DNA from: Gemmatimonadota bacterium
GTDB lineage: Bacteria > Gemmatimonadota > Gemmatimonadetes > Gemmatimonadales > GWC2-71-9
Assembly (NCBI GenBank): GCA_003220795.1
Contig: QHTK01000047.1
Span: 222-64,221, forward strand
Direction of reading: 5' to 3'
DNA: 64,000 nt
Shown: one piece after another, positions 37,366 through 46,314 of the stretch
How the letters are laid out: each line of letters starts with the position of its first letter
Position numbering within the stretch: position 1 is the stretch's first letter
The notes under the pieces: generated by a model
Databases searched by the model: none
Told to the model about the DNA's origin: nothing
Seen by the model: the letters and a program-made list of their open reading frames with translations, nothing else
Position numbers and translations under genes: made by a program

Positions 37366-37763
37366 GGCGTGACGGTGAGAGCCCGGCTCCCTGGCTGCAG
37401 GTCCGCGTAGGACGCGTTCGCCACGTCGAGGATCGTGCCGGTGTAGCCCGTCGGCGGGCTCTTCTCGGGCACCTCGATGGTCACGAGGACACCGTTCGCC
37501 AGGTGCCCAATGACAATGACCCGCCAGCGCGTACGCGCCTGCCGCGCTGCGAACACGCGATACCCTGAGCCGGCTGCCGCCAGCACCGTGTCGATCCCTG
37601 CGGTCGTGTCGGCCCCCGCGACCTCGAGCAACATCGCCAGATCGTCCGCTCCAGCGTTGGACAGCCGCAGGGACAAAGGGCGCGACGCCAGCCCCGAGGG
37701 GCTCTCGCACCGACTCACCGTGAGGGCGAGCAAGACGCCGAGCAACGCGACGCGCCGGGTCAT
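37362..37763 (-). CDS. small secreted/lipoprotein-like hypothetical protein, translationally coupled to the M6 protease
   Basis: This is the only coding-like part of track ORF 37362..38981. Its ATG overlaps the protease TGA (ATGA). It has the signal MTRRVALLGVLLALTVSRC and ~110 aa predicted to be beta-rich. Confidence 0.6.
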   Translation of the reverse strand: MTRRVALLGVLLALTVSRCESPSGLASRPLSLRLSNAGADDLAMLLEVAGADTTAGIDTVLAAAGSGYRVFAARQARTRWRVIVIGHLANGVLVTIEVPEKSPPTGYTGTILDVANASYADLQPGSRALTVTP

Positions 37764-39826
37764 GGCCGCCGTCCCGACGGTCGAGCCGCTGCGCCAGGCG
37801 CGGCGCCGTTTCCGGTGCGTGCCAGCCAGCGGGCCACGTCGCCGATGTCGAACGTGCCATTCGCGTTGCCCTGGAGGTCGAGGTAGCGCCGCCGGTCGTC
37901 GCTCGCTGGCGCCGACCCCTGGAAGCCCAGGGCAAGAACTTGTTGCAAGGCGAGCGTCGGCTCCACGACCTGCAGCGTCAGGGAGCGGCGCGCCGTCTGC
38001 GTCCCGTCGGTCACGCTCACTCTGAACGTGAACGTACCAGTGTCGGTCGGCGCGCCGCTCACCACGCCCGTCGCCGCCAGGGCGAGGCCGGGAGGCAGCG
38101 CACCGGAATCCGGGGGAGCCCAGGTGTACGAGCCCGCGCCGCACGCCGCGGCGAGCGTCATCGAATAGGAGTAGCCCCACTGCGCGGCGCCGAGCCGCGG
38201 CGCCGTGGCGACGGCGAGCGAGTCGCCGCCCAAGCGCAGCACGAATCGCATCACGTCGTTCGGTAGGACCTGACTGATCGAATCGATCCCAACCCCCGGG
38301 CACGCACCGCTGTTGAGCGCGGTGTTGGGATTGGTGAAGAGCGTGAGCGTGGGGTTCTGCGTGACCCCCGGATACGGATCGCCCGCATCGCCTCGGTCCG
38401 CGCACCCCGCCGCCGGCGGCGTGCACAGGATGTTCGGGTTCGCATCCAGGTTGCCGCGCGCATCGGCCTGGAGCAGCTCGAGTCCGTGGGTCGGGCCGGC
38501 GTTCACGGCGTTGCCGAACTCGAAGCCATGCTGCGCGATCTGCTGGGAGTCGACGTGCCACGCGAGCAGCCCGCCTGAGCACTGCGGCGGCATCGGCGCC
38601 TGATACCACACCTGGCAGGCGTTGCGAATGAGCGCGCTGTCGGCGTCGACAGCCTGGCGATTCTCGAGCAGGAAGTACTCTCCACGTGGGTTCGCGCCGG
38701 TGGGACGCACCAGGAACGCGGTGTCGGAGGTCGGCGCTGCACCAAACGAATAGGTCCCCGACGTCGTGAGCGGCGCCAGCGTCACCCAACCGAGCTGGCT
38801 CAACGACCAAGCATCCATGCGCGCGGGGCTCGACGGCGAGGAAAAGTTCCCGGCGCCCATCAAACTCCAACGCCCGACACCCTCGGTGCTGTCGCTGGTG
38901 TCGTACAGGTCGGGCAGTCCGAAGCCATGACCGGTCTCGTGGGCCACGGTGCCGATCGGCATGATGTCGGCGCCGGTACACGAGTCCGAGCCGCCGAGCC
39001 CGCTCTGCAGGATGTAGTCCCGCACCTGCAGGAATTGGCCGGGGTGGCCCGGCAGCGCATCTTGCGTCTTATAGGCCGGAGACAGCGCACCGCGGTGCGC
39101 CCACAGATGGTTCTGCGGAGCGCTTTTCGGTCCGCACTCACCGCCGATCGTGGGTTGCATGAAAAGCATCAAACTGACCACACCGCTGGTCGGGTCGTAG
39201 CTGAACTGTGTGAAGTCCACCTGCGCATCCACGAGTGCGAGCGCTTCGCGCAGCGCCGCCTGCAGAGCGGCGTACGCCGGCCCGCTCCAGATGCCATTAC
39301 AGTTCGTCGAGCCAAACGGATTCGTCTGCTGGCAGGCGGAGCTGGTCCCGCCGGTGTAGCTCGCCTCCGGCTTGCTGAGCGTCACCCAGCCGTACGTCAC
39401 GCCCTGCACGTCGAGCAGCCCGTTGGACATCTGGCTGTAGAAGCTGTGGTAGCTGTACGGCCGCCCGAACGGCGGCGTGGTGCCGAACAACACGGCATCG
39501 TAAGCGGTCGAGGCAAACGGGGGAGGCGTCGTGCCCGCGTAGCTGAACAGCACGGCCGGCACTCGGAGCGTGCCGGAAACCGCCGCGGCGCTCGGGGTCG
39601 GCACCCCCGCGGCGAGCGGCGCGTTCAAGGCCCCGAACTGCCGCTGCGCGAGCAAGCGGGATCGCATGGCGCGCACCGCGCGGGCCTGCTGGCGCCAGAC
39701 CCCGTCGGGACCGAAATCGCGGCCGGGCGCCTCGCGGCGCGGCGGGCGCGGCTCCTGCGCGCGTGCCGCCCATGGCGCGCACCACACGAGCAAGAGCCCC
39801 AGCGACAGCAAACGATGTTGCGGCAC
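37760..39826 (-). CDS. secreted M6-family (immune inhibitor A-like) zinc metalloprotease with C-terminal Ig/cadherin-like and dockerin-like modules
   Basis: It has a signal peptide, the zinc site HETGHGFGLPDLYD, a C-terminal PPGLALAATGVVSGAPTDTGTFTFRVSVTD (putative Ig domain) and DLQGNANGTFDIGDV (dockerin/EF-hand-like). Confidence 0.85.
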   Translation of the reverse strand: MPQHRLLSLGLLLVWCAPWAARAQEPRPPRREAPGRDFGPDGVWRQQARAVRAMRSRLLAQRQFGALNAPLAAGVPTPSAAAVSGTLRVPAVLFSYAGTTPPPFASTAYDAVLFGTTPPFGRPYSYHSFYSQMSNGLLDVQGVTYGWVTLSKPEASYTGGTSSACQQTNPFGSTNCNGIWSGPAYAALQAALREALALVDAQVDFTQFSYDPTSGVVSLMLFMQPTIGGECGPKSAPQNHLWAHRGALSPAYKTQDALPGHPGQFLQVRDYILQSGLGGSDSCTGADIMPIGTVAHETGHGFGLPDLYDTSDSTEGVGRWSLMGAGNFSSPSSPARMDAWSLSQLGWVTLAPLTTSGTYSFGAAPTSDTAFLVRPTGANPRGEYFLLENRQAVDADSALIRNACQVWYQAPMPPQCSGGLLAWHVDSQQIAQHGFEFGNAVNAGPTHGLELLQADARGNLDANPNILCTPPAAGCADRGDAGDPYPGVTQNPTLTLFTNPNTALNSGACPGVGIDSISQVLPNDVMRFVLRLGGDSLAVATAPRLGAAQWGYSYSMTLAAACGAGSYTWAPPDSGALPPGLALAATGVVSGAPTDTGTFTFRVSVTDGTQTARRSLTLQVVEPTLALQQVLALGFQGSAPASDDRRRYLDLQGNANGTFDIGDVARWLARTGNGAAPGAAARPSGRRP

Positions 39827-39834
39827 AGAGTACC

Positions 39835-41232
39835 CTACCCCACAACCCCCGCGGCGGCAGTGCGCTCCCTCACACCACGCCGCGCCAGCAGCAAGCCCAG
39901 TCCCATGAAGCCGATCACGCCACCCACGACCTTCGTCTCGTAGGTCCAGGGGTGCGGTTCGTCGGCGGGCGGTACGAAGCCCAGCACGATCGAAAACGCC
40001 ACCGCCGCAAGGCCCGCGAGACCGACCAGCAACGTGGCGGCACTGCGCGTTCGCCGCAGGCGCAGGTACGCGCCGAAGAGGTACAGATAGGGAATGAAGA
40101 AGAGGATGAGCGTCGTTTGGGTCAGCGCCAGGTAGGCGTTCTTCACGGTGGCGCCGACCAGGCTCGCGACCACGAAGACCGTGGCGAGCCCGCCCTGCAC
40201 CAGCAGCCCCACGTGCGGCGTGTGCCAGCGCGGATGGATGCGACCAAAAGCGGGCGGCAGGGCGCCGTCAATCCCCGCCACGAACGGGAGGCGGGCCGAT
40301 CCCGCGAGCCATGCCCCCACACCGCCCAGGTTCCCGAGCGCCAGCAGGATCGCCACCACGCCGGCGACGGGAGCGAGCCACGGCGCGCCGAGCCGCTGCG
40401 TCAGCGCCGCCGTCGCCTGCGGCACTCCGTTCGTGATGCTCACGGTCTCCGCCGGCAGGGCCACGAGCATCGCCGCCGTACCGAGAACGTACATCGCGAC
40501 GATGCCGAAGCCCGAGATGACGATGCCGCGCCGCAGCGTCGCCGCGGCATCGTGGATCTCGTCCCCCAGCGTCGGGGCGAGCTCGAGCCCGGCGAATGCG
40601 AACGTCATGGTGGCGAACAGATTGATCGACGGCAGACCGAGCTTCGCGGGGACCAGCCCGCGGAGCGCGAACGGCGTCGCGCTGCCGTGCGCCGCGAGCG
40701 ACCACGCCGCGAGCAGCACGAAGATGAGCGCCGGCAGCCACGTGCCGTACCCGCCCAGGTTCTGGAGCCGCTTCCCGATGCGAAGGCCGACCACGTTCAT
40801 GCCGACGGCGAGCCACAGCCCCGCCAGGGACAGCGCGCCGATGAACAGATTGTCGTCGCCCAAGCGCACGAAGCGCGGCCCGCCCGCGTAGGCGGCGATC
40901 GCCGCCGTCGCGACGAGCAGCGAAGGAAAGTAGAAGAGGTTGTTGACCCAGTAGCCCCAGCCCGCCACGAAGCCGTGCAACGGCCCGAACGCCCGGCGCA
41001 CCCAGCGGTAGATGCCACCGGCACCGGGATCGATGTCGGCGAGCTCCCGCACCGCCACCGCCGACGGCAGGAAAAAGACGACCATCGCGACCAGCCACAG
41101 AGACAAGCTGGCGAGTCCGAACTGGCTCGCCGCCGTGGTCAGCCAGCGCAGCCCGACGATCGCCGTGATGTTGAACAGCACGACGTCGGAGAGCCGCAGG
41201 ACGCGGGGTAGTCGGCTAGGGGGCTCGGGCAT
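39835..41232 (-). CDS. APC-superfamily amino acid permease
   Basis: The 465-aa ORF has about 12 TMs and an N-terminal LRLSDVVLFNITAIVGLRW...GAGGIYRWV typical of the APC family. Confidence 0.85.
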   Translation of the reverse strand: MPEPPSRLPRVLRLSDVVLFNITAIVGLRWLTTAASQFGLASLSLWLVAMVVFFLPSAVAVRELADIDPGAGGIYRWVRRAFGPLHGFVAGWGYWVNNLFYFPSLLVATAAIAAYAGGPRFVRLGDDNLFIGALSLAGLWLAVGMNVVGLRIGKRLQNLGGYGTWLPALIFVLLAAWSLAAHGSATPFALRGLVPAKLGLPSINLFATMTFAFAGLELAPTLGDEIHDAAATLRRGIVISGFGIVAMYVLGTAAMLVALPAETVSITNGVPQATAALTQRLGAPWLAPVAGVVAILLALGNLGGVGAWLAGSARLPFVAGIDGALPPAFGRIHPRWHTPHVGLLVQGGLATVFVVASLVGATVKNAYLALTQTTLILFFIPYLYLFGAYLRLRRTRSAATLLVGLAGLAAVAFSIVLGFVPPADEPHPWTYETKVVGGVIGFMGLGLLLARRGVRERTAAAGVVG

Positions 41233-41923
41233 GCACCGTGGCGGTGAGCCACCCGATGCTGCTGCCCAGCACCGCGCCGCCCGCCACGTCGGTGGGGAAA
41301 TGCTTGCCGCCCGTCACGCGCAGCACGGCGACGCCCACCGCCCCGGCGTACAGCAGGATCGCATTCCGGGCGCGGTGCGGCAGCTGCTCCCGCTGGGCGA
41401 TGACGAGATACGTCGTCGCCGCGGCGAACGCGAGCGAGGCGTGCCCCGAGGGGAACGACTGGCGGTTCTCCGGCCGCGACGCCGCCGCCGCCGCATCCGC
41501 CGTGTAGAGCACCGGGCGACTGCGATGCACCAGGACCTTGAGCCACTCGGTGGTCGCCTGCGTCCAGGCGAGCGAGTTGAGGAGCACCGCCGCGTTGCCG
41601 CGCCGCTGAGCGGGATCGAGCCCGTGGAACGAGACGAACGCGGCGGCGCCGACGACGCCTCCGAGCATCAGGGTGCTCGCGGTCGCGGCGCTCGCGGAAG
41701 CGTTGTGCAGCGCCGCGCGATCGATGTTCGGAACCGAGGCCGGATCGCATGGGGCGCACGGCGGCAGACCGTGCGGCAGATTCAGGGCAACGGGGATGAG
41801 TGTGAGCGCGCCCGCGGTGCCGACCGAAGCGGCGTCCCACCAGGTCACGCGATACGGTGCCTGACCCGCTGTCGGCCGGGCGACGGCGAACAGCCAGACG
41901 AAGACGATCGCCGACCGGGACAT
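41216..41923 (-). CDS. PAP2-family lipid phosphate phosphatase (exported)
   Basis: All three acid-phosphatase motifs are present: KVLVHRSRP, SFPSGHAS and LRVTGGKHFPTDV. It has a signal peptide. Confidence 0.85.
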   Translation of the reverse strand: MSRSAIVFVWLFAVARPTAGQAPYRVTWWDAASVGTAGALTLIPVALNLPHGLPPCAPCDPASVPNIDRAALHNASASAATASTLMLGGVVGAAAFVSFHGLDPAQRRGNAAVLLNSLAWTQATTEWLKVLVHRSRPVLYTADAAAAASRPENRQSFPSGHASLAFAAATTYLVIAQREQLPHRARNAILLYAGAVGVAVLRVTGGKHFPTDVAGGAVLGSSIGWLTATVHARAP

Positions 41924-42070
41924 GCAGACTCTCGCTCGAAACGGGAGGCTTGGAAGTTACGTCGTGACGGCGACGGGTGCTAACTCACGTTCGCGCGGGA
42001 CCTTGCGGTTTTGTTGTACCGCCACTACTCTCTAGGCTGCTGTTTTCCACCCAACCAGTCTGGGGGCCCC

Positions 42071-43276
42071 GTGAGTACCGAGACCCTGCAGCACGTCGCG
42101 CTCTTCGACAAGTGCAAGAACTTCACGCGGGCCGACGAGGTGCGAGCGGCCGGGTTGTACGCGTGGTTCAAACCGATTTCGCAGTCGGAAGACACGGTCG
42201 TGGTGATCGAAGGCAAGCCGCGCATCATGATGGGCTCCAATAACTACCTCGGGCTGACGCATCACCCCGAGGTGCTTGCCGCGGCGAAAGAGGCGCTCGA
42301 CGAATTCGGCTCCGGCTGCACCGGCAGCCGGTTTCTCAACGGGACACTGGAGCTGCACTGCCGGCTCGAGGCCGAGCTGGCCGAGTTCTTCGGGAAGGAA
42401 GCATGCCTCGTCTTCTCGACCGGCTATCAGGCGAACCTCGGCCTGATCTCCGGCCTCGTGGGTCGGGGCGATGTCGTGTTCCTCGACAAGCTCGATCACG
42501 CGTCCATCGTGGACGGCGCGAAGCTGTCCCACGGCGAAACCATGCGCTTCAACCACGGGGACTTGGCCGGCCTCGAGCGCAAGCTCCAGAAAGTGCCGGT
42601 CGGGACGGGCGTCATGATCATCGTCGACGGGGTGTTCTCGATGGAGGGGGACATCGCCGACGTGCCGAACCTGCTCAAAGTCGCCCAGAAATACGGTGCC
42701 GCACTCGCGATCGACGACGCGCACGCCGTGGGGGTGCTCGGCCCCAACGGGGACGGGACCGCGGCGCATTTCGGTGTGGCCGAAGACGTGGACCTCATCG
42801 TGGGCACCTTCTCGAAGTCGCTCGCCTCGATCGGCGGGTTCGTGGCGGCTTCCGAAGACATCATCGATTATCTGCGGCACCACTCGCGGCCCCTGATGTT
42901 CACGGCGGCGCTCCCGCCGGCGAACACCGCCGGGGTGCTCGCCGCGCTGCACGTGCTACGGCGCGAGCCCGAGCGCCGGGAGCAATTGTGGGCCAACACG
43001 CATCACCTGCAAGAGGGGCTGCGCTCGCTCGGATTCGAGATCGGGCCCACCGAGACCCCGATCGTCCCCTTCCTCATCGGGGACTTCGAGAAGACGTTGA
43101 CGTTCTGGCGCAAGCTGTTCGACGCCGGCGTCTTCACGAATCCTGTGGTGCCGCCCGCCGTGCCGCCGTCGCAGAGCCGGCTGCGGACCAGCGTGATGGC
43201 GACCCACACCGCCGATCAGTTGGACTTTGCCTTGCAGACCTTCGGCCGGCTGGGAAAAGAGCTGGGGGTCATCTGA
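42071..43276 (+). CDS. PLP-dependent alpha-oxoamine synthase, serine palmitoyltransferase-like
   Basis: It has GSNNYLGL, FGSGCTGSRFLNGT, STGYQANLG, DDAHAVG, GTFSKS (PLP lysine) and RPLMFTAALPP. The GTG at 42071 follows a GGGGG stretch. The family call is firm; the Spt sub-assignment rests on gene context. Confidence 0.85.
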   Translation: MSTETLQHVALFDKCKNFTRADEVRAAGLYAWFKPISQSEDTVVVIEGKPRIMMGSNNYLGLTHHPEVLAAAKEALDEFGSGCTGSRFLNGTLELHCRLEAELAEFFGKEACLVFSTGYQANLGLISGLVGRGDVVFLDKLDHASIVDGAKLSHGETMRFNHGDLAGLERKLQKVPVGTGVMIIVDGVFSMEGDIADVPNLLKVAQKYGAALAIDDAHAVGVLGPNGDGTAAHFGVAEDVDLIVGTFSKSLASIGGFVAASEDIIDYLRHHSRPLMFTAALPPANTAGVLAALHVLRREPERREQLWANTHHLQEGLRSLGFEIGPTETPIVPFLIGDFEKTLTFWRKLFDAGVFTNPVVPPAVPPSQSRLRTSVMATHTADQLDFALQTFGRLGKELGVI

Positions 43277-44388
43277 GCGCACTGGAGATCGCGCCCGTCA
43301 CCGGCGGGCGCGATCTCGAGCGCTTCATCGCCTTTCCGTACGCGCACTATCGGGGCGACCCGCTCTGGGTCCCACAGCTGCGCATGGACGTGCGCACACT
43401 GCTCTCCCCCGCGAAGAACCCGTTCTTCCGGCACGCCCAGGTCCAGTGCTTCATCGCCCACGCCAACGGCCGGACCGTGGGGCGGATCGCCGCCATCCAG
43501 AACGACGCCCACACCCGGGAGCACGGAGATCGGGTCGGGTTTTACGGCTTCTTCGAAAGCGTGAACGACCAGACGGTGGCAACCGCGCTGTTCGACGCGG
43601 CCGTGGCCTGGCTCCGGCCCCGGGGGCTCGCGGTCCTGCGCGGGCCGATGAGCCCCTCCATCAACGACGAGTGCGGTCTGCTGGTGCAGGGATTCGATAC
43701 CCCACCTACACTGATGATGTCGCACAACCCCTCCTACTACGTCGACCTGCATCAGCGCTACGGCTTCGCGAAGGCCAAGGATCTGCTGGTATACGAGAGC
43801 ACGACCACGCGACTCCCCGAGCGGATCGTGCGGGCCGTCACCGTGATCGCGCAACGCAAGGGCATCACGCTGCGGGCCCTCAACATGAAGCGCTTCCGAG
43901 CCGAGGTCGAGCTCGTCAAGGCACTCTACAACGACGCGTGGGAGAAAAACTGGGGGTTCGTGCCGCTGACCGAGGCGGAGATCGACCATCTCGCCACGCA
44001 GCTCAAGCCCATCGTCGTCCCGGACCTCGTGTGCTTCGCCGAACGGGCGGGCAAGGTCATCGGGTTCGCGGTGGCCCTGCCCGACCTGAACGTCGCACTC
44101 CGGCACAACCCGTCGGGCCGCATGTTCCCCGGCATCCTCAAGGTCCTGTGGCATGCGCGCAAGGTGAACCGCCTTCGTATTCTGCTGCTCGGCGTGCTGC
44201 CGCAGTACCGCTCGAGCGGCGTCGACGCGCTGCTGTACCACTGGATCTGGACCAAGGGGGTCGCCCATGGGTTCACCTGGGGCGAGGGGGGCTGGATCCT
44301 CGAGGACAACGCGGCGATGAACAACGCCGCCGTACAGCTCGGCTTTCGGCCCTACCGCACCTACCGGATCTACGACAAGCCCCTGTGA
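43273..44388 (+). CDS. GNAT-like N-acyltransferase (~370 aa), candidate bacterial ceramide synthase
   Basis: This is the real C-terminal part of composite track ORF 42403..44388 (LEIAPVTGGRDLERFIAFPY ... GVLPQYRSSGVDALLY ... GWILEDNAAMNNA). It has no canonical start near its N-terminus; a CTG at 43273 overlaps the upstream TGA. Confidence 0.65.
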   Translation: MSALEIAPVTGGRDLERFIAFPYAHYRGDPLWVPQLRMDVRTLLSPAKNPFFRHAQVQCFIAHANGRTVGRIAAIQNDAHTREHGDRVGFYGFFESVNDQTVATALFDAAVAWLRPRGLAVLRGPMSPSINDECGLLVQGFDTPPTLMMSHNPSYYVDLHQRYGFAKAKDLLVYESTTTRLPERIVRAVTVIAQRKGITLRALNMKRFRAEVELVKALYNDAWEKNWGFVPLTEAEIDHLATQLKPIVVPDLVCFAERAGKVIGFAVALPDLNVALRHNPSGRMFPGILKVLWHARKVNRLRILLLGVLPQYRSSGVDALLYHWIWTKGVAHGFTWGEGGWILEDNAAMNNAAVQLGFRPYRTYRIYDKPL

Positions 44389-45353
44389 AGGCGTTCGTCA
44401 CCGGCGGGACGGGGTTCGTCGGCGCCCACCTCGTGCAGACGCTGCTGGCGCGGGGCGCGGAGGTGCGCTGCCTCGTACGCAACCCCGCCAAGGCCCTGGC
44501 CCTCGGCTGGCGGGACGTGCGCCTCGTCCGCGGCGATCTGGACGACGCCGCCGCGCTGGCGGAGGGCTGCGCGGGAGCGGAGCTGGTGTTTCACCTCGCC
44601 GGCCGCATCAGCGCCCGCGATGTGCGGGAGTTCATGAGCGCGAACCGCGACGGCACGGCCAGCGTGCTCGAGGCCGCCTCGCTCCAGCCGCCCCAGCGCT
44701 TCGTGCTCGTCTCATCGCTCGCCGCCGGCGGCCCCACCACGCCGGGACATCCGATCGACGAGGAGCGCCGCCCCGCGCCGGTGACGCCCTACGGCCAGAG
44801 CAAGCTCGCGGCGGAGATCGTGGTCCGGGCGATGCCGTTCCCCTGGACCATCGTGCGCCCCCCGGCCGTGTATGGCGAGCGGGATCGCGAGACCCTCAAG
44901 GTGTTCAAGTTGGCACGCCGGGGACTCGTGCCCGTGTTCGGTGACGGATCCCAGGAGCTGTCGGTCGTCTACGCAGGAGACCTGGCGGCTGCACTGGTGG
45001 CCGCGGCAACCTCCCCCGGAGCGGCGCGTAAGGTATACTACGCGGCGCATCCCGCGGTCACGACGAGCGCCGCACTGGTACGAGCTGTGGGCCGCGCGGT
45101 GGGACGTGAGCCGCGCCTCCTACCGCTGCCGGCGCCGGTCGCGCGCGTGATGCTCTGGGCCATCGGATCGCTCGCTCACCTCGCAGGCCGGGCGACGGTG
45201 CTGTCGGCCGACAAGGCGGCCGAGTTTCTGGCTCCCGCCTGGACCTGCCGACCGGACGCGCTGATGCGGGACACGGGATGGTCCGCCGCTACCGATCTGA
45301 ACGCCGGGTTGCAACGCACGGCGGACTGGTACCGGAGGGAGGGGTGGCTGTGA
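44385..45353 (+). CDS. NAD(P)-dependent epimerase/dehydratase-type extended SDR, candidate ketoceramide reductase
   Basis: It has the Rossmann motif VTGGTGFVGAHL and a catalytic YGQSK. The GTG overlaps the upstream stop (GTGA). Confidence 0.85.
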   Translation: MKAFVTGGTGFVGAHLVQTLLARGAEVRCLVRNPAKALALGWRDVRLVRGDLDDAAALAEGCAGAELVFHLAGRISARDVREFMSANRDGTASVLEAASLQPPQRFVLVSSLAAGGPTTPGHPIDEERRPAPVTPYGQSKLAAEIVVRAMPFPWTIVRPPAVYGERDRETLKVFKLARRGLVPVFGDGSQELSVVYAGDLAAALVAAATSPGAARKVYYAAHPAVTTSAALVRAVGRAVGREPRLLPLPAPVARVMLWAIGSLAHLAGRATVLSADKAAEFLAPAWTCRPDALMRDTGWSAATDLNAGLQRTADWYRREGWL

Positions 45354-46306
45354 GCGACACGTCACACGACGCCACGACGGCGCGCCCCAAGGATACCTGG
45401 GCGACGTGGCGCCGTGCCGTCGTGCGGCGCTTCACCGCCGTCGATCTCGTCACCCTGTTGTACGTAGCGGTCGCCACCGTCGCCGTCCTGGCGTTCACCG
45501 CCGACGACCGCACGGGCTGGGACTGGCTGCTGCTGGCGCATGCACTGCTGGTCGCGCTCGTGCTGCTCGCCCCGCGGGCGCGCGAGGCGGGGCGCGTCGG
45601 ACGGTTCCTCGGCGACTGGTACCCTATGCTGTTGCTCGGCGGCCTGTACGCCGAAGTGGGCGTGCTCAACGTCGACGTCGGCTACCAGCACGACGTTACG
45701 ATTCAGCGCCTCGAGTTGTGGGTGTTCGGCTCGCAGGTGTCGTACCGCTGGATCCGCGAGTGGCCCAACCCGGTGTTCTCGTGGATCATGCACATCTGCT
45801 ACATCGCCTACTACGCGATCTTGTGCGCCTCGCCGCTCGGCCTGTGGCTCAGCGGGCGGCGCGACGCCGCGCGGCGCACGATCTTCGCCGTGATGATCAC
45901 GTTCTATCTCTGCTACGTCGTGTTCCTCTTCTTTCCCGTGGCCGGGCCGCGCTACGCCTTCGACCTCGCGCACAACGCCGCCACCGAGATCTGGCCGGCG
46001 CGCGCCACCCAGTGGCTGCTCGACCGCGGGGACTCCTGGGGCGCGGCCTTCCCGTCGTCGCATGTGGCCGCCGCCGTGGTCGCCACGATCTGCGCGCTGC
46101 GCTACTGGCGGCCCCTCGGGCTCGCGCTCGTGCCGCTGACGCTCGGGCTGGTCCTGTCGGTGGTGTACGGGCAGTTCCACTACGCGGTGGACGCCGTGTC
46201 GGGCCTGTTCGTGGCCGGCGCCGTACTCGCGTCGCAGTACGTGTACGGCGCGGAGCCGGAGAAGGTCGGTGCCTCGCTGCCCGCCGGGAGCTGGGAGCGG
46301 GCCTGA
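45350..46306 (+). CDS. polytopic PAP2_C-type protein, sphingomyelin / inositol-phosphorylceramide synthase-like head-group transferase
   Basis: It has about six TMs, FPSSHVAAA and QFHYAVDAVSGLFVAG (the H/H/D motifs of the SMS/AUR1 branch), and lacks the KxxxxxxRP motif of true phosphatases. The GTG overlaps the upstream stop (GTGA). Confidence 0.7.
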   Translation: MSDTSHDATTARPKDTWATWRRAVVRRFTAVDLVTLLYVAVATVAVLAFTADDRTGWDWLLLAHALLVALVLLAPRAREAGRVGRFLGDWYPMLLLGGLYAEVGVLNVDVGYQHDVTIQRLELWVFGSQVSYRWIREWPNPVFSWIMHICYIAYYAILCASPLGLWLSGRRDAARRTIFAVMITFYLCYVVFLFFPVAGPRYAFDLAHNAATEIWPARATQWLLDRGDSWGAAFPSSHVAAAVVATICALRYWRPLGLALVPLTLGLVLSVVYGQFHYAVDAVSGLFVAGAVLASQYVYGAEPEKVGASLPAGSWERA

Positions 46307-46314
46307 GTCGCGTT

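Noticed and set aside
37764-38981. N-terminal 400 aa of the 539-aa ORF 37362..38981
   Set aside because: This part is an out-of-frame overlap with the M6 protease and is compositionally junk. Only the last 133 codons (37362-37763), which start at an ATGA junction, look like a real gene.
41924-42070. Possible riboswitch or leader RNA upstream of the Spt-like gene
   Set aside because: The 147-nt region is somewhat less GC-rich, but I could not recognise any known riboswitch core or convincing conserved stem structure. It is most simply the divergent promoter region shared with the PAP2 gene.
42071-43276. Annotating the alpha-oxoamine synthase as BioF (8-amino-7-oxononanoate synthase) or Kbl
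   Set aside because: No bioA/bioB/bioD or threonine dehydrogenase genes are adjacent. It is instead coupled to an acyltransferase, a reductase and a PAP2_C transferase. The family-level call is kept, but the biotin or threonine role is not the best fit. This remains to be tested by phylogeny.
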